A DNA stretch of 64,000 bases, from the NCBI GenBank assembly GCA_963827475.1, contig CAWHAZ010000005.1, positions 928,001 to 992,000 on the forward strand. Reading direction: 5' to 3'. Under the pieces are notes generated by a model that was not told where the DNA came from, made no database searches, and saw nothing but the letters and a program-made list of their open reading frames with translations. Position 1 is the first letter of the stretch, and each line of letters starts with the position of its first letter. This DNA comes from an uncultured Chloroflexia bacterium. Its GTDB lineage: Bacteria > Chloroflexota > Limnocylindria > QHBO01. The translations under genes and the position numbers were made by a program. Below are positions 19,451 to 30,822 of this stretch, one piece after another.

Positions 19451-20569
19451 TCAGCTGGAGGACTGCGTCGCAACCATATCGCGGCTCCCGAGCAGATCCC
19501 CCCAGTGGCCCCGCCGCATGACAAGGAGAAGCACCCACCCGATCGGGATCGGAACGAGCCACTGGGCGATCCGGTACAGCATCACTGCCGCGGTGAGCTG
19601 CTCGGTCATCCCTGAACCGGCCACGCTTGACAGGACGCCGATGTACGCGATCTCAGTAACGCCGACGGCCCCCGGAGTGATGGGCACAAGCGTCACGATC
19701 CAGACGACCGCCATTGCCGCAAGCACGTCCGACGGCGGGAGCACGTCTGGGCCGACACCGACGCACCAGAGGGCGACCTCGAGGACCACGAACCAGGCGA
19801 GCTTGGCGACGACGGCAGCGGCGAACCCCAGCAGGCCGCGCGTCGTGAGCATGGTCTTGGAGCGCTCGCGTAGGTCCAGCATGCCCTCGACGATGCCCGA
19901 TGGCGGCGTCTTCCGGACCAGCTTCCAGATGCGCCGCGCCATCCGGTCGAGCCAGCCAGCCAGCTTCCGAGCCACGGTCTCCGATCGTGCGGACGAGACC
20001 AGCAGAACCGCGGCTGCGACCAGCACGATGAGGACCACGAAGGCAAGGAGGAGCACACGCGACCAGGTCGGGTGGCCGGCGATGATCACCCCGACGGCGG
20101 CAATCATTGGCAGCGCAGCGTAAGAGAACACCTCGGACAGCGACGCTAGGGCGATCCCGGCGGTCGCGACCGGGGTCGGGATCGACCACTGACGGTAGAG
20201 GACGAACCGGGTGGCGACGTCGGTCGGTCCGGGCACGGTGCTGACGATCGCGCGCGCGGCCAGATCCGAGCCGACCGCGCGCGGCCAGGAGAGCTTGGAC
20301 ACGAGGACGCGGTAGGGACCGGCCCGGGCGACGTACGCCACCGCGCTGGCGGCGCCGAGGAGCGCGAGCTGCCCGGGGCTCAGCGCCGCGAGCGCGGCGC
20401 GAACGGCGTCGTAGTCAACCAGTCGGGGGAGCACGATCCCGAACACGAGCACGAGGAGACCGACAAGCACGAGCGCACGACGCACGATCGCTCCACGACT
20501 CAGCGTCGGCTGGGCTGGTTCCGTGACCGGCGCGCCCGCGAGCATCCCCGCTGCTCCGTCCGGCATCAC
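19451..20569 (-). CDS. Lysylphosphatidylglycerol-synthase-TM / flippase-like membrane protein (UPF0104)
   Basis: VPITPGAVGVTE, AAVMLYRIAQW; multiple TM helices. Confidence 0.85.
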   Translation of the reverse strand: MMPDGAAGMLAGAPVTEPAQPTLSRGAIVRRALVLVGLLVLVFGIVLPRLVDYDAVRAALAALSPGQLALLGAASAVAYVARAGPYRVLVSKLSWPRAVGSDLAARAIVSTVPGPTDVATRFVLYRQWSIPTPVATAGIALASLSEVFSYAALPMIAAVGVIIAGHPTWSRVLLLAFVVLIVLVAAAVLLVSSARSETVARKLAGWLDRMARRIWKLVRKTPPSGIVEGMLDLRERSKTMLTTRGLLGFAAAVVAKLAWFVVLEVALWCVGVGPDVLPPSDVLAAMAVVWIVTLVPITPGAVGVTEIAYIGVLSSVAGSGMTEQLTAAVMLYRIAQWLVPIPIGWVLLLVMRRGHWGDLLGSRDMVATQSSS

Positions 20570-21648
20570 CCGGTGGTCTCGGGGTTTGGCTCAACCTTAT
20601 TGCGGAGCAGGCCCGCCACCCCGCGCGAGGACGGAAACGCCTCGAGGATCATGACCAGCCCGAGCGTCAGCGGGACGGCGAGGAGCGCACCCGGCGCGCC
20701 GAGGATCCATACCCACACGATGACCGCGATGAAGACAGCCAGCGGGCTCAGGTTGAGCTCGGTGCCCATGACCACCGGCTGGAGGAACTGGTCCTGGGCG
20801 AAGTTGATGAGCGTATAGCCGATGGTCACCGCCACCGCCACCCCAAGCCCGCCGTCGAGGTAGGCGAGGATGGTCGGCGGGATGACGGCGATGAAGGTGC
20901 CGATGTTCGGGATGAAGCTGGCGACGAACACGAGGACCGCCCACAAGACGGGGAGCGGCACGTCCAGCACCACCAGCAGCGCGAGCGACAGTGCCGCCGC
21001 GAACAGCCCGAGTGCGGTGCGCACGACAAGGTAGCGCCGCAGGTCAGTGCCGAATCCCTCCATGCCGAGCAGGAGCGGATGGCGCTCGCCGAGCGCCGCG
21101 GCCGCCCGCGCCCGAACCGACTTCCCGTCTGCCAACGCGTAGATCATGGTGAACGCGAGGACGAACATCGCCCCGCCGGCCCCCGAGACCGCCGACGCCA
21201 CCGGTCCGACCAAGGCGAAGATCTTTTCCGGCGAGATGATCGCAACCACGGCGTCGGGATCGGCGCTGATCCCGAACTGGGCCAGTTGATCTCTCACTGT
21301 CGCGAGTGCTGCGCTCAGTCGGTTCTCGTATTTGGGGATCTGGACCACGAGCTCCCCGACGGAGAGCGCGATGACGCCGGCCGTAGAAACTACGAGGGCG
21401 AGAACGACCGCGATCGTGGCCGCCAGAGAGAGCCCATGCCGGATGCCGCGGCGTTCAAGCGAGCCGACCATCGGCCAGGCGATGAGCGCGATGAAGAGAC
21501 CGAGAATCACCGGGAGGACGAGTGAAGCCACTTCCCGAAGGGCGAGCACCCCGACGAGGATGAGCACAAACCCGGCGATTGCCGTAAGCGAACCGGCGGA
21601 CCCATTCAGCCCGTCCGCGCCGGCCACACCCACGCCGCCGACTCCCAC
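20566..21648 (-). CDS. AI-2E family transporter
   Basis: SFIPNIG, QFLQPVVMGTELNLSP, GAPGALLAVPL. Confidence 0.9.
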   Translation of the reverse strand: MGVGGVGVAGADGLNGSAGSLTAIAGFVLILVGVLALREVASLVLPVILGLFIALIAWPMVGSLERRGIRHGLSLAATIAVVLALVVSTAGVIALSVGELVVQIPKYENRLSAALATVRDQLAQFGISADPDAVVAIISPEKIFALVGPVASAVSGAGGAMFVLAFTMIYALADGKSVRARAAAALGERHPLLLGMEGFGTDLRRYLVVRTALGLFAAALSLALLVVLDVPLPVLWAVLVFVASFIPNIGTFIAVIPPTILAYLDGGLGVAVAVTIGYTLINFAQDQFLQPVVMGTELNLSPLAVFIAVIVWVWILGAPGALLAVPLTLGLVMILEAFPSSRGVAGLLRNKVEPNPETTG

Positions 21649-21976
21649 CGGCGTCGGGGCCGCCCGCTCGTTCTTCGCGGAGATCTCCCATCTTCACTCT
21701 CCCGGTCTCGGTCGACTCAGCGGATCAGGCGGCGGCGGGGTTGGCAAGCGCCCGCGTCGATCTCATGGAACCGACACGCGAGGCCGAGGCTTGAACACCC
21801 CGAACGCGACCGATCAGATCACGACGAGCCATACGAGCGAGATCAGCCCCTCGCCCGAAAGAGGATAAGCAGCACGCAACGGAGGGGCACGGTCTTCCCG
21901 CAGCCAGCCGCCGCCGAGACGAGCGTTACCCGAAACTGACCAGTGGTCCGAAATCGCCAGACTCGTGCCTGGAAAG

Positions 21977-22075
21977 TGGTGCCGGAGGAGGGATTCGAAC
22001 CCCCACGCCCCCGAAGGGGCAGCGGAGTTTAAGTCTCGGCCCGACGGTCCGCCGAAGTGCGCGGTTGTTCGGCCC
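21977..22075 (-). repeat. att-like site B: 3' part of tRNA-Leu(TAA) plus a ~40-bp arm
   Basis: 21977-22035 is identical to the tRNA 3' part at 30823-30881; identity ends just past the anticodon loop. Confidence 0.92.
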
Positions 22076-22166
22076 GATCGAGACCATGATGCGGCAGGCG
22101 CAATCAGTGCGACAGAGCTGTTCGGCCGTGATGCTGCACCTACTGCTGCAATGAAAGTGCACGTGA

Positions 22167-25110
22167 TCAGCGCGGTGGAGTCACGCCCGCGCGAAGTAGA
22201 GGCGCCGAAGTCTTCCTTGCGGGGCCTCCGGTCGAAGGCCCCGACGCCAAGAGGTTGGTGATTCGGCGGCGCATGCCGTCGGCCCCCGCGAGGTGGCCCT
22301 TGCGCTCGTAGACATCCGACGCCGCGGCGGAACTCAGCCTCCGCTTCGTCCGGTTTGACGGCCGCCTCGAGAACGGTGGCCAGATCGAGGTGCGCGTCTG
22401 CGACCTGGGCAAGCTGGTCCGTAACATCAAGCATCGCCACCGCTTCACGAGCGAGTCGCTCCGGCAGTCTCAAGTTCGCCCCGACGAGACGTGACAACCG
22501 CAGGCGTGCCCGCTGCGGGGCCCTGCGATGCGGAATCGTCTTCCGCCGCGAGGTGCTGCGCCGTCTTCGCCCGCTCTTCCGCCTCGTCGTCGCGGCCAAG
22601 GGCGAGCATCGCTCGGGCGATGTTCGTGGCCGAGAACGAGGCGAGGCCTCGTTCGCCGCGCGAGGTGCGGCGGGCTCGTAGCCTTCGCGCGACAGCTCGA
22701 CCGCTGCGTTTGCGTCGCGGGCGAGGCAGCTCCGCCGGCCCGTGATGATGGCTTAGCGGCGTGCCGAGCAGCTTCACCGAGCCCAGCTCCTCCACTAGCG
22801 CACGTTCCACCTCGAAGGTCGCTCGCGCTTCCTCGAAGCTGCCCTGCATCGCGAGGAAGGCAGCGATCTGACGAGACGTCAGGTTTAAGTACACCAGTGG
22901 ATCGCTCATCTTGGCAGCCATGCGCTTAGCGAGGTCGAACCCGTCTGGCGCCGGAGTGGGACCCGAGTACACGAAGGTCACGACCCAACTGCGGATGTTA
23001 TCTGCGACTCGTCCGATGCGCCCCTCGCGAGAAGTTCCTGCACCATGTCCAACGCGCTCTGGACGTGCCCGATCCAGAACAGGAGCTGGCGACCTCCAGG
23101 CCGGCCAGTGCCGCCCCATCCTCATCGCCGAGAGCGCATAGTTTGCGATGTAGGCGCTTGGCCTCCTCGACGAGGACGCTCGTCGGCTCCTCACTCATGG
23201 AAACACGTGGATGGAGGCGAAGTACCTCCGCACGCGCAACCGATCGCTCATCCCCGACTTGGTCTACGATGGCCGCGGTTTCCCGCAGGAAGGCGTCCTG
23301 GCTACGCATCTCCGCCGTCCGGCTGAGGGCTTGGCCACGCGTAAAGCGCGACGCAATGGTCCGCGCGTCGTTGGGATCCTGAAGGCTGAGCGACCGTTAC
23401 AGCAGATTGGCGCTGCCAAGGAATTCGTCGCGGTCCAATGCCTCCTTCCCTGCGAGTGCGAGCTGGGCCCAGGCCCGTTCAGCCAGCGGCGCGAGGCTGG
23501 GATCAGTGGCGTCGAGATCCCGAGGATGGCGTGCGGCCTGCTCAAGATGGTAGGCGAGGATCGCGCGGTACTCGTCGAGGCGGTTGGCGAGCGAGACCGA
23601 CGTGACTCGGCGAATCACTCGTGGAGGTCCGCCCGGCTCTGTTTGGCGATGGCGCTGGTAAGGGGCGTCCCGGATGAGCTGGTGCCGGAAGACGAATGCC
23701 TCCCGTCCCCAGTTCAGCCAATCAGGAATCACGACCTCGCGCCAGGTGAGCGTGTCGAGCATCGCGCCGACGCGTCCCTCACGTTGCAGCACAGAGCCGC
23801 CACGGCGTCGCGGTGGACGCGGTCCTCGACAGCTCCCCCTTCGAGAACAGCCGTTACCGCCTCCAGCCCGTCCAGGCGAGCAGCGAGCGACGCCTGGATC
23901 GTCGGCAGGACAGCGAGAGCGCTCCGTCGCGGCGGGCCGTACCGTTGCCGTTCGTTCAGGCCAGCGCCTGGTCGATGACGTTTTCGAGCACTTCTTCGAC
24001 GAAGAGCGTCCTCCGCGGCGGTTTCCAGTCGCTCGAAGACCATAGGTCGCACGTCGGCCCGTCCCAAGGTCTCGATGAGCTGACCCGCTGCCCTTCAGCG
24101 TCGAGCGAGATGCTCGTAGCCGATCGCTTGCCGCCGCCACGCTGGCGTGACTTCGAGCAACTACGACGGCACGATCAGCGGGTTGAAGGCGTCGTCTCCA
24201 TGGCCGTGTCCTCGACCAGGTGAGAGGCGGCTGCGCCATTGCAGATCATCAAGACAGCGACAAGCGGCTGCTCGTCGCCGCCTCGAAGAAGACGATCCCC
24301 ACGGATCCTGGTCCGGAGCCAGATCTCCCGCCAGTACGACGATGGTTTGGCTCCCGGCTTGGCGGTCCGGTCACGATCATCGGCCTCCGGGTCCACGCCG
24401 ACACGCGCGCCACGTCGGCCATCAGGTCCCTACCAACCAGTCCGGTCGCCGCCCTACCCCATCTCCGCGATCGGTCAGGGTGACTTTCCCCATACGATGA
24501 CAGCGACCGCGAACAACTTTCAGCCAGTAGCCAGCGAGGCCACGAACTCGTTGACCAGTCGGGACTCCCCGACGCCACGGCGCCGAGAATCGTGAATAGG
24601 TGACAGACCCACTCGTCATGCGCCTCGGCGAAGGCCTCGTCGAGCAGCCAGCGTGGCCGGTCGCGCCGACCATCGGCGAGGCCATCGTCGTGGCCTGCGG
24701 CTGGCTGGTCGACGGTCGCCGGCGCAGGGTCTGGATCGGCGCCTGACGGCCTTGACGAGTGACCTGGCCCAGCAGGCTCAACATAGACCGCGTCGCGAAC
24801 CAGCCGATACATCTCGGCGGTGATCAGGACCTCGCCCAGGTGCAGCGTGTGTTCGAGACGCGCTGCGACATTGACCGCGTAGCCAGTGCCCAGCCGCTGA
24901 CCGCGCGTCGCATCACCAGCGACCCACCTGGCCAGTCGCGATGACGGTCTTCCAGGAAGATCAGTTGCCGATACGGCTGAACCCTCGGGATAGGCCAGGT
25001 CTTCACGGGTGTCAACGGCAGCACGAACTGCTCGGAGTGCGTCGTCTTCGTGGACGAGTAGGAGGCCGAACACGGCCATCGCCGCATCACCGATGAACTT
25101 CTCGACGAAG
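22167..25110 (-). pseudogene. Heavily degraded adenylate/guanylate cyclase-AAA ATPase-TPR gene
   Basis: Fragments in several frames: EKFIGDAAMAVFG...HEDDALRAVRAA, AVNVAARLE, LPTIQASLAARLD, FVFRHQLIRDAPY, LAYHLEQA; many stops and shifts. Confidence 0.8.
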
Positions 25111-25255
25111 AGCCGTCGCGGGACCGCGGGGGTGACTCATGGAAAGGGGTCCCCAGGGGACCGGGTCACCTTCAACTCGTTCCAGCCGCTTGATAGGGCC
25201 GCGGCGGGGTGCACCTCAGTTGCCGAAGGACCGGGCCAACGCCACCCAGGCGCCG

Positions 25256-26673
25256 CTAACAGGCGGACGGACTGACAAGTCCAGTGACGCCCACGGGCTT
25301 CGCCACCGGGCCAACTGCCTGCGTCGCCACCCCCAGGGCGTGCAACTCGTCGCACATCGCGGCGGCCAGGACGTCTAGATCTGGATACGCGTCGCGGTCG
25401 GCGGCGATGCCGATGGTCAATGCCCCGGCGTAGGACAGAGCGCCGACCCCGAGCGGCTCGTTGGCGATGAGCGGCAAAACCGGGAACACCTCGAGCACCG
25501 GCGCTCCGGCCAGATAGAGGGGCATCCTGGGTCCAGGGATGCTGGCGCTCATCAGGTTCACGCGCTGGCGCATAACCGCGATCAGCATGAGTCGCCGCAG
25601 CACTCGACCGTGAAGAGGACGTCGAGCGACGTGCGGGTCTTCGCCTTGCGCGCTGTGGTCTCCGCTGCAATCGGCCTTGAGGCGGCGATCAGGATCTGCC
25701 TCGCGCAAGGCGAGCGGGACGGCCATCTGGGCGATCCGGTTGCCGTGCAGTGGACCGCGCAGTCTCCGCCGCAGCGAGACGGGGACGTAGATCCGCACGG
25801 TCGTGTCGTCGACCGGCTCGCCGCGGCGCCGGAGCAGCGCACGCAGACCGCCCGCGGTGACGGTCAGGAGTACGTCGTTCACCGTCGCGTCATGGGCACG
25901 GCCAGCCCGCTTGACCGCGTCCAGGCGGCAGCGGATCAGCGCAAGCTCGCGGTCGGGGCCGACCATGCGGTGGAGGCTGGTCTCGGTGGCCGGCTTCTCG
26001 GCAAGCAGCTCGCGGAGCGCTGGCCATGCCGCGCGCAGTCGGCGCAGGGTTGCCAGCGGTCGAACGAGCACCGACAGCGCGCCGCGGAATCCGCGCAAGC
26101 ACCGCCCCACGTTGTCGCCGACAGCGCTGCCGTCGACGGCCAGGGCACCGGGATCCAGCGTGGCGCGGCCGCCGCGGCCGTGATCGGGGCCGGATCCAGG
26201 AACGTGACCGCGGTTGCCATGGCCGCGATGCCGTCGCCAATGGTGTGGTGGATCTTCATGAACAGGCCCACCCGCCGCTCGGGGAGCCCGGTCAGGAACC
26301 ACATCTCCCACAGCGGGCGCGACGGGTCCAGGCTCCGGCGGAGCAGCCGCTCGACGGCCGCCAGCATCTCGGGCTCCCCGGCAGGCGGTTCGAGCCGGAG
26401 CTCCTTCACATGTTGGCGCAAGTCAAAGGTCCGGGCTTCCACCCATAGCGGTCCACCCAGCCCCCGCCGTGGGTGGTAGATGAGCTGCCGGAATCGCGGG
26501 ACGAGGTGGAGCCGCGACTGGATCGCGGCCCGAACGTCGTCGATCTGGAACCGCCCGGCCTCGTCGAAGAGTGGTCCGCCGTCGAGGATGGCCAGCGCGC
26601 CGACGTCCTGCGGCCACCGCCTGCTCGCCCACAGCATCATCCGATCGAGCGCGGTCAGCCGGTCAATGGCCAT
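25256..26673 (-). pseudogene. Wax ester synthase/diacylglycerol acyltransferase (WS/DGAT), frameshifted
   Basis: RLTALD, LDPSRPLWE, KIHHTIGDG (HHxxxDG), TVNDV, VPVSLR, IPGP, SYAG spread over several frames. Confidence 0.85.
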
Positions 26674-26691
26674 CGTCGGTCTCTTTTCCCG

Positions 26692-28111
26692 CTACCTGGG
26701 ATCGATCGGCGTAAGGATGCCAAGCCGGTCCTCGATCGCCTGCGCGGCGTCAAGGCACAGGTCCTCGCGGTACCGGGGACCGATGACCTGCACCGCCTGC
26801 GGAAGGCCGTCCCGCACGCCCACCGGGACGGCGACGGCAGGCAGGCCGAGCGCATTGACCGCCATGGCCATCCGCATCGCGTGCACATCCTCGGCCACGC
26901 GGCCGTCGTCCAGGTCCGTTCCTGCCAGCGCGGGGATGTCGGTCGCGATCGGGCGACGATCAGCGGGTAGGTCTCGGCGAACTCGCCCACGCCCGCTGCA
27001 GGGCGTGTCGCGTGATGAAGGCCCGCTCCGCGGCCACAGAATCCGGCTGCCCCGCCGCAGCGAAGAAGGCGGTCACGAATCGGCGGGTGTCGGCCGGAGA
27101 TGATGGCCCGATCACCTGCTCCCAGACCGCCCGGACTCCGGGCGTGCTATCCATGACCAGCAGCGCGTTGGCAGCGGCGTCGATGCCCGGCGGCTCAACC
27201 TCATCGATGGCGTAGCCGGCCTCCTCAAGGGCTCGTGCCGCCTTCTGAACGCCGTCCTGCACCTGCGGGACGGTCCCCTGTCCGGCCGGATCGAGCACGA
27301 GGGCGATCCGGATCGGCTTGCCAAGATCTGGCCCGCGGAGGGGTGCCGGAACGGTCCACGGGTCGCGCCAGGTCGGCCCGGCGATCAGCTCAAATGCGAT
27401 GCGAAGGTCGGCGACGCGTCGAGCCAGCGGGCCGTTCACGCTCGTCAACTGAACGCCGATCGGGGCCGCATCAGCCGGCTCAACGCTGCTCGCCTGAGGG
27501 ACCCGGCCGAGACTTGGCTTCAGTGCGCTGATTCCACAGCATTGCGCGGGGTGGCGGAGCGACCCGAGCCCGTCGTTCCCCAGCCCCAGCGGGCTCATGC
27601 CCGTCGCGAGCGCGGCGGCCTCGCCAGCGCTTGAGGCGCCAGGCGTGCGGGATCGGTTCCAGGGATTGATGGTCGCGCCCCACAGCTCGCTGTCGCAGTG
27701 CCACCGCATGGCACCGCTGGGCAGGTTCGTGCGGCCGATGGGGATGGCGCCAGCTGCCCTCAGGCGCTCGACGATCGGGGCGTCGCGCGTCGGGAAGGAC
27801 TGAGCCAGGGCCGCGAGCCCGAGGGTTGTCGGAGTACCAGCGACGTCGATATTCTGCTTGACGGTGACCGGGACGCCGAGGAGCGGCGGCAGCTCACCCC
27901 CGTCACCCACCGCACGGTCGGCCGCCTTGGCCGCCTCCTCCGCCTGCTCGGCCATGACGATGACGACGGCATTGATCGCTGGATTGACCTCCTCGATCCG
28001 CCTCAGGTGCGCATCGACGACCTCGCAACTCGAGGCCTCCCTGGACCTGATGATCTCGGCCAGTCTGGTGGCGCTCATGCGCCAAAGCTCGGTGGCAGTT
28101 GCGATCGTCAT
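26692..28111 (-). CDS. Amidase-signature family hydrolase, C-terminus frameshifted or partly deleted
   Basis: GVPVTVKQNI, TPGASSAGEAAA, GNDGLGSLRHPA; C-terminal GLPAVAVP...GLPQAVQ in another frame. Confidence 0.85.
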
Positions 28112-29736
28112 GGTGGCGCCTCCTTCGACGTGGCGGCACGATGCCGACGGACGGCCGTGATCGCCGCAGCGGCGGTGATGCCGGCTACCACCGGCCTCAC
28201 CCACAGATTGCCGGTCCTGGCGTCAGGAACCCTGATCAGCGACCACGGTTGACCTCCGAAATCGGTATGGATCGCCGTCGCCCGGCCGTTGATCACCTGC
28301 GCGAACACGACTCGCACGGGGGGCATCCCGAACGGCGAGAGGTCGAGCCGGAACACGTGCGGGTCGGCCGGATCGTCGGGTTGGAGCAGCAGCCCGCCGA
28401 GCAGCGCCGGAACCGGCGTCAGGAGCCGAAGCATAAGCCGCCCACCGCGGACAAACACATCGGCTCCGCCGCCCAGCAGGAGCCGCTCGCGCAGGTCGGC
28501 GATGCGTGGCGGGAGGACATATCGGCCGCACAGCTCCGCCCAGACCTCCGGGTGGTGTGGGGCGTCCAACCGCGAGTCGTCGGCCGATAGCCCGAGCGCG
28601 CCACGGAGCAAACGCCTGAGCTCGACGGCCAGCCAAGCGAACGCTCCATTCGAGCCGTTCGTGAAGCCGATGACGCCAATCCCGTCGTCGGGCGCCACGA
28701 GGAGCTCCGAGTTGAAGCCCGGCAGGATCCCGTCGTGGAGGACGAGCCGATGGCCGTCGGCCTCGGCGCGGAAGAACCCCAGACCCATGCCGGGAAGCCG
28801 CGAGTCCGGCTGGTAATGGGCCTCGAACATCGTGGCGAGTGTCGCAGGCTCGAGAACGCGTCCCTGCTCGTTGACACCGCCGCCGACCAGCGCCGTAACA
28901 AAGCGGGCCAAGTCGCGACCCGTCGAGTAGATCCCGGTAGCTCCGGCGCTAATCCAGTCGCGATCCTGCACGGCCTTCGCGCCACGGCGCCGAAGCACGT
29001 AACCCGTCGCGAGCCGCGAGGCGATCCGATCTGAACGGACGAGATCGCTGTCCGTCATGCCAAGTGGCTCAAAGATCCGCTCACGGAAGTACGCTCGAGC
29101 GGGATCCGACTGACGTCCTCGACGATCTGGCCGAGCGTTGCGTAGCCGTGGTTGCTGTAGGCGAAGGCGGAGCCGGGCTCGACGACCACCCGCAGCCCGC
29201 CGCCGTAGTAGTCGGCGAGCGGCGGCAGCCGTTCCCCGAACTCCACGCTGAGGATTGGCGGACGCCCATCAGAAGGGGTGAGGCCGGCGTGGAGCAAGTC
29301 AGACGTGGCGCATATCTGGGATCCCAGCCGTATGGGTGAGCAGCTGGCGCACCGTCGCCGGCCGGAAGCTGTCGTCGACAGGGACCAGCGCATACGCACG
29401 CAGGTAGTCCCTTGCGGGCGCGTCGAGGTCGACCAGTCCCTCCTCCATCAGCTGCATCACAGCGATCGCGGTGAACAACTTGGTAATGGAGGCGACCCGA
29501 AAGACGGTGTCCTCGGTGATCGACCGCCTCGACGCGATGTCGGCGAGGCCATGACCTTGGAATTCGAAGCGCCCGTTGCGAACCACCCCCAACGCCAGGC
29601 CGACCGCCGGCCGTCGGTTCAGGATCTCCCGCGCCCCAGCGGACAGATGGAACTCAGGGACATCGGGCACCGCTCGCCCGTCGCGGTCATCCCGTGGCCG
29701 CGAAGCAACGCGGCCGTTCGCCACGAGAGTGGTCAT
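28108..29736 (-). pseudogene. Serine hydrolase (class C beta-lactamase/esterase-like), frameshifted
   Basis: FRVASITK (SxxK), LLTHTAG, FAYSNHGY (YxN), HDG across several frames. Confidence 0.85.
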
Positions 29737-29927
29737 GAGGCCTCCACACTGACTCCGCGACCGCCAATGTCGCTCAACTAGAGGGTCGCGCTGACGCACT
29801 CCGCCAGCAAGGGCGGTCTGCATCGCCGATACGGGTCAATCGGCCCTATCTGCGGAGTCCGATACGGAGCAGGGTGGCTCAGGCGGGTCGACCGCCCGGC
29901 GTTCTTGCCCAGTCCGAGGAACTGAAT

Positions 29928-30818
29928 ATGTCAACCATGCGAATCCGAGACGTCTCCCTGTTCGTCGACGTCATCGGACACGGCTACCCGCTGCTCCTGA
30001 TGCACGGCGGACCCGGCGCCGATCACTGGACGCTGCGGCCGTTCCGGCAGCTGGCCGATCAGTTCACTCTCGTCTTCTACGACCACCGCTGCAACGGACG
30101 CTCAGCGGGGGCTCCGGTCACCTCGATGACGTGGGACAACCTGACCGCGGACGCGGACTCGCTGCGCGAGCAGCTGGGCTTCGAGCGTTGGGCGGTGCTC
30201 GGGCACTCGTTCGGCGGCCACGTCGCGCTCGAGTACGCGCTCCGCTATCCCGGGCGCCTGTCGCATCTCGTGCTCCTCGATACCGGAGGCGACGGCCACT
30301 GGGCGCGCGACAACGCTCCGAAGGTCCTCGCCGAGCGCGGCCACAGCCCCGCGAAGGTGGAGCTGGTCCGGCGCTGGTTCAACGGCGAGTTCGCGCCCGA
30401 AGAGATGCTCTCGATCCTCATGCGGATCGGGGACGCGTACTCCTACCATCCGACGATCATCGGCCTGCTCCGCGCCGCGCTCGGCGGCGGCTGGCGGACG
30501 AAGTTCCGTGGCGAGGCCCTCGTCTTCGCGGGCCGCCACCTCATGAAGGACTGGACGGTCATGGACCGGCTCGCCGAGGTCACTGCGCCCACCCTCGTGA
30601 TAGCGGGTCGAGACGACTTCGTCTTCCCGCCGGAGTGCCAGCTCGAGCTGGCGGCTGGGATTCCCAACGCGAGCCTCCAGTTCGTCGAGCACGCTGGCCA
30701 CAACCCGCACTTGGAGCGCCCTGACGACGTCATGGATAGCGTCCGAGCATTCACCAGCGGAGAGATGGGCGCGGGGGGCGCCGCGGTCGGGATGAACCTC
30801 GCGCAGGCCGGCCGATAA
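29928..30818 (+). CDS. Alpha/beta hydrolase (proline-iminopeptidase-like)
   Basis: HGGPG, YDHRCNGRS, GHSFGG, GRDD, GHNPH; GAGGA RBS. Confidence 0.9.
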   Translation: MSTMRIRDVSLFVDVIGHGYPLLLMHGGPGADHWTLRPFRQLADQFTLVFYDHRCNGRSAGAPVTSMTWDNLTADADSLREQLGFERWAVLGHSFGGHVALEYALRYPGRLSHLVLLDTGGDGHWARDNAPKVLAERGHSPAKVELVRRWFNGEFAPEEMLSILMRIGDAYSYHPTIIGLLRAALGGGWRTKFRGEALVFAGRHLMKDWTVMDRLAEVTAPTLVIAGRDDFVFPPECQLELAAGIPNASLQFVEHAGHNPHLERPDDVMDSVRAFTSGEMGAGGAAVGMNLAQAGR

Positions 30819-30822
30819 GTCG

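Larger units (their letters stand above)
19337..21976. mobile_element. Genomic islet 1 (2.64 kb) between tRNA-Leu 3'-end repeats; no integrase seen
   Basis: Bounded by direct repeats starting at 19337 and 21977. Confidence 0.7.

Noticed and set aside
21977-22035. Possible second tRNA-Leu gene
   Set aside because: Only the 3' 59 nt are present; the 5' half is missing.
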